64,000 nucleotides of DNA, taken from Alphaproteobacteria bacterium. Lineage in GTDB: Bacteria > Pseudomonadota > Alphaproteobacteria > Bin95. The notes under the pieces are model-generated. The model saw only the letters and a list, made by a program, of their open reading frames with translations, searched no databases and was not told the origin of the DNA. Below are positions 61,113 through 64,000 of this stretch, piece by piece. Positions within the stretch are counted from its first letter, which is position 1. Every line of letters starts with the position of its first letter. The stretch covers positions 2,400,001 to 2,464,000 of the forward strand of contig CBDBGH010000003.1 of the NCBI GenBank assembly GCA_965205265.1, written 5' to 3'. A program made the translations under genes and the position numbers.

Positions 61113-61690
61113 GCGTAGAGCTGTACGACCCTCTGACTTACGAAAACCTTATGGCCGGTCTCGCGCTGCATTTCGGCGAGCAACCCAAAGTCCCTCTGGA
61201 CAGCACCGATGACGTTGCAGGACCGGGAATTTACGCCTTGTTTTACGCCGGCCCATTCGATGCTTATCGCCCGATTTCCGGAACCGACGATCCCATCTAT
61301 GTCGGCAAGGCCGTTCCGCCCGGATCGCGGCGAGGAGAGGATGTCGATGTCGGAAGGCCGGTCCTGCGCCAAAGACTGCGGGAGCACACACGATCTATTG
61401 AGGCCGCGAATAATCTCGATCTCCGGAACTTCACTTGCCGGCATCTGTCGGTGGTTCCCGTCTGGATTACCCTCGCGGAACGTTTCCTCGTCAATCATCA
61501 TCGGCCGCTTTGGAATGTCTGCCTCGACGGCTTTGGGGACCACGATCCTGGACGGGGAAGAAGCGGAAGCGACAGAAGCTGGTGGGATACGCTCCATCCC
61601 GGACGACCTTGGGCGGACAAGCTCCAGGCCAACAAATCGGAGGTCGATGCGTTGACAATAGTCCGCGCGTTCTTCGATTCCGCAGACTGA
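61109..61690 (+). CDS. Eco29kI-family GIY-YIG restriction endonuclease
   Basis: GIYALFY...PIYVGKA, RLREH..SI, PLWN...GFGDHDPG.GR, WDTLHPGR.WA; ATGA overlap with the methyltransferase. Confidence 0.85.
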   Translation: MSVELYDPLTYENLMAGLALHFGEQPKVPLDSTDDVAGPGIYALFYAGPFDAYRPISGTDDPIYVGKAVPPGSRRGEDVDVGRPVLRQRLREHTRSIEAANNLDLRNFTCRHLSVVPVWITLAERFLVNHHRPLWNVCLDGFGDHDPGRGRSGSDRSWWDTLHPGRPWADKLQANKSEVDALTIVRAFFDSAD

Positions 61691-61727
61691 TACCAGCGGC
61701 TGCAAGCAGGAACCGGTGAGTCTTTGC

Positions 61728-61839
61728 CGTCGTCCCGGACGGCGCGTCAGCGCCGTTCCGGGCCTCCTGGGGCAGGGGCAATGCCGCAAGGAGATCCCGG
61801 CTCCCCACTCCGCTTCGCTCCGTTCCGGCCGGGGTGATG
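61728..61839. repeat. REP-like palindromic intergenic element
   Basis: cccggacggcgc-gtca-gcgccgttccggg hairpin, then gatcccggc...gccggggtga; terminal segments are roughly complementary. Confidence 0.6.
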
Positions 61840-61966
61840 CCGAAGGGGGGACCAGTACGCCCCACACTTTCGCGAGGGTAGGCGGCGGGGCGCGTTCTCC
61901 ATGAGCCGCAATCCGGCACCGCTGGTATGAAGCATCGCAAACCGACCCATATTCTGCGTTGGCGGC

Positions 61967-61993
61967 AATATGGAGCGGATTCCGCTCCATATT
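61967..61993. repeat. 27-bp palindrome (13-bp arms, 1-nt centre); possible terminator or protein-binding site
   Basis: aatatggagcgga-t-tccgctccatatt downstream of dnaJ. Confidence 0.75.
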
Positions 61994-62026
61994 ATATGCT
62001 GGCGATAACATAGGCCGCCCGCCGCC

Positions 62027-63166
62027 TCAGTCCGTCAGGTCGTCCCAGAGTTCGCGGACGCGGGAGAAGAAGCCTTCGGTCTCGGGGGTCCGGTTCTGGC
62101 CGCCGCCTTCCTTCTCGAATTCGCGCAGCAGCTCCGCCTGGCGGCGCGTGAGGTTGACCGGCGTCTCGACCCGGACCGTCACCAGCATGTCGCCGCGCTG
62201 ACGGGTGTTCAGCACCGTCATGCCCTTGCCGCGCAGCCGGAAGCGGTTTCCTGACTGCGTGCCCGGCGGCAGGTCGATGCGCGCGCGCCGGCCTTCCACG
62301 GTCGGCACTTCGGCCATCCCGCCAAGCGCCGCCGCCGTCATCGACACCGGGACCTCGCAATGGATATGCGGCCCCTCCCGGTCGAATACCGGATGGTCCT
62401 CGACATCGAGGAAGATATAGAGGTCGCCGGGCGGGCCGCCGCGCTCGCCGGCCTCGCCCTCGCCGGCAAGCCGGATGCGGTTGCCGGCCTCGACGCCTGC
62501 GGGAATGGTGACGGTGAGGGTGCGCGTCCGCTGCACCCGGCCCCGGCCCGCACAGTTCCGGCAGGGGTCGCGCACCGTCTCTCCCGTGCCCTGGCAGGCC
62601 GCGCAGGTCCGCTCGACGGTGAAGAAGCCCTGGCTCGCCCTTATCCGCCCGGCGCCGTTGCAGGTCGTGCAGGCGACCGGCGGCGCGCCGCCTTCGGAGC
62701 CGGTGCCGGAACAGGCCTCGCAGGCTGCCGTGCCGGGCACCTCGATGGTCGCCTGCCTGCCCTGGAAGGCTTCCTCCAGCGTGATGCGCATGTTGTAGCG
62801 CATGTCCGCGCCCTGGCGCCGGCCGCCTCGCCCGCGCCGCCTGCCGGCGAGGTCGCCGAACATCTCGTCGAAAATGTCGCCGAAGCTAGAGCCGAAGCCG
62901 AAATCGAAGCCGGGGCTGGCGCCGCCTGCCTGGGCGCGCTGGGTGAACGCCTCATGGCCGACCCGGTCATAGACCTGGCGCTGCTCCGGGTCCTTCAGGA
63001 CATCGTAGGCTTCGTTGATCTCCTTGAAGCGCGCCTCGGCGGCCTCGTCCTCCGGGTTCCGGTCCGGGTGGTATTCCTTCGCCAGCCTGCGATAGGCGCG
63101 CTTCAGGTCGTCCGCGCTCGCCGTCCGGGATGCGCCCAGGACTTCATAGAAGTCTCGCCCGGCCAT
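62027..63166 (-). CDS. dnaJ: Chaperone DnaJ
   Basis: J-domain HPD, G/F-rich region, four CxxCxGxG repeats. Confidence 0.97.
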   Translation of the reverse strand: MAGRDFYEVLGASRTASADDLKRAYRRLAKEYHPDRNPEDEAAEARFKEINEAYDVLKDPEQRQVYDRVGHEAFTQRAQAGGASPGFDFGFGSSFGDIFDEMFGDLAGRRRGRGGRRQGADMRYNMRITLEEAFQGRQATIEVPGTAACEACSGTGSEGGAPPVACTTCNGAGRIRASQGFFTVERTCAACQGTGETVRDPCRNCAGRGRVQRTRTLTVTIPAGVEAGNRIRLAGEGEAGERGGPPGDLYIFLDVEDHPVFDREGPHIHCEVPVSMTAAALGGMAEVPTVEGRRARIDLPPGTQSGNRFRLRGKGMTVLNTRQRGDMLVTVRVETPVNLTRRQAELLREFEKEGGGQNRTPETEGFFSRVRELWDDLTD

Positions 63167-63187
63167 CGGAGCCGCCGCCCGGCCGGA

Positions 63188-64000
63188 TCAGGCCGAGCGC
63201 TTATGCTGGTCGTCGCTGTCGTCCACTTCCTCGAAATCGGCATCGACCACGCCGTCATCGCTTCCGCCCGCGCCGGCGTCCGGGCCGTCCGGACCGCCGC
63301 CCGCCTCCTCCTGCTGCGCGGCGTACATGGCCTCGCCGAGCTTCATCGCGGCGGCGGCAAGCGCGGCGGTCTTTTCCTGGATCCGGGCAGCGTCCTCGCC
63401 GTCCTTGACATCCTTCACCGCCTGGAGCGCCTCGTCGATCGCCGCCCTGTCGTCGGCGCCGATCTTGTCGCCATGCTCCTCGAGTTGCCGTTCTGTCGTG
63501 TGGATCAGGCCCTCGGCCTGGTTGCGCGCCTCGGCGAGTTCGCGGCGGTTGCGGTCTTCTTCCGCATTGGCCTCGGCCTCCTGCACCATCCGGTCGATCT
63601 CGGCGTCGGAAAGCCCGCCGGAGGCCTCAATGCGGATCGCCTGCTCCTTGCCGGTCGCCTTGTCCTTGGCGGACACATTGACGATGCCGTTGGCGTCGAT
63701 GTCGAACGTCACCTCGATCTGCGGCAGGCCGCGCGGCGCGGGCGGAATGCCCACAAGGTCGAACTGGCCGAGCAGCTTGTTGTCCGCCGCCATTTCGCGC
63801 TCGCCCTGCGAGACGCGGATGGTCACCGCATTCTGGTTGTCCTCGGCCGTCGAGAAGGTCTGGCTCTTCTTGGTCGGGATGGTGGTGTTGCGGTCGATCA
63901 GCCGGGTGAACACGCCGCCCAGCGTCTCGATGCCGAGCGACAACGGCGTCACGTCGAGGAGCAGCACGTCCTTTACGTCGCCCCTCAGCACGCCCGCCTG
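63188..64000 (-). CDS. dnaK: Chaperone DnaK, C-terminal part (start lies outside the window)
   Basis: [43 protein letters not shown]. Confidence 0.97.
   Translation of the reverse strand, partial: QAGVLRGDVKDVLLLDVTPLSLGIETLGGVFTRLIDRNTTIPTKKSQTFSTAEDNQNAVTIRVSQGEREMAADNKLLGQFDLVGIPPAPRGLPQIEVTFDIDANGIVNVSAKDKATGKEQAIRIEASGGLSDAEIDRMVQEAEANAEEDRNRRELAEARNQAEGLIHTTERQLEEHGDKIGADDRAAIDEALQAVKDVKDGEDAARIQEKTAALAAAAMKLGEAMYAAQQEEAGGGPDGPDAGAGGSDDGVVDADFEEVDDSDDQHKRSA

Noticed and set aside
1-64000. CRISPR arrays, rRNA or tRNA genes
   Set aside because: No regularly spaced repeat-spacer pattern or recognisable structural RNA was seen by eye; a covariance-model scan would be needed to exclude small RNAs

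Overview
High-GC, gene-dense bacterial DNA whose gene order (purN-purM-DUF2066-pgsA-like-AI-2E-hdaA; degQ-rarA-crcB-rluA; dnaK-dnaJ) suggests an alphaproteobacterium. DMSP-lyase-like and sarcosine oxidase genes hint at a marine or host-associated lifestyle (inference). The standout is an ~11 kb sterol biosynthesis and modification cluster (17240-28502). It holds an Erg6/SMT-type C-24 sterol methyltransferase converging on an operon of an SdmB-like dehydrogenase, an SdmA-like Rieske oxygenase, an ERG24/ERG4-family reductase, CYP51 and a squalene epoxidase-oxidosqualene cyclase fusion. The fusion is split by an IS1634-family element flanked by a 118-bp target duplication. Features the ORF track misses or mis-bounds include a UGA-recoded Rdx/SelW-type selenoprotein, a MITE that displaced and replaced the hdaA start codon, a partial tyrosine integrase at the left edge and two small ORFs. 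There is also an Eco29kI-type GIY-YIG restriction-modification pair. All calls come from reading motifs by eye; no database searches were run.
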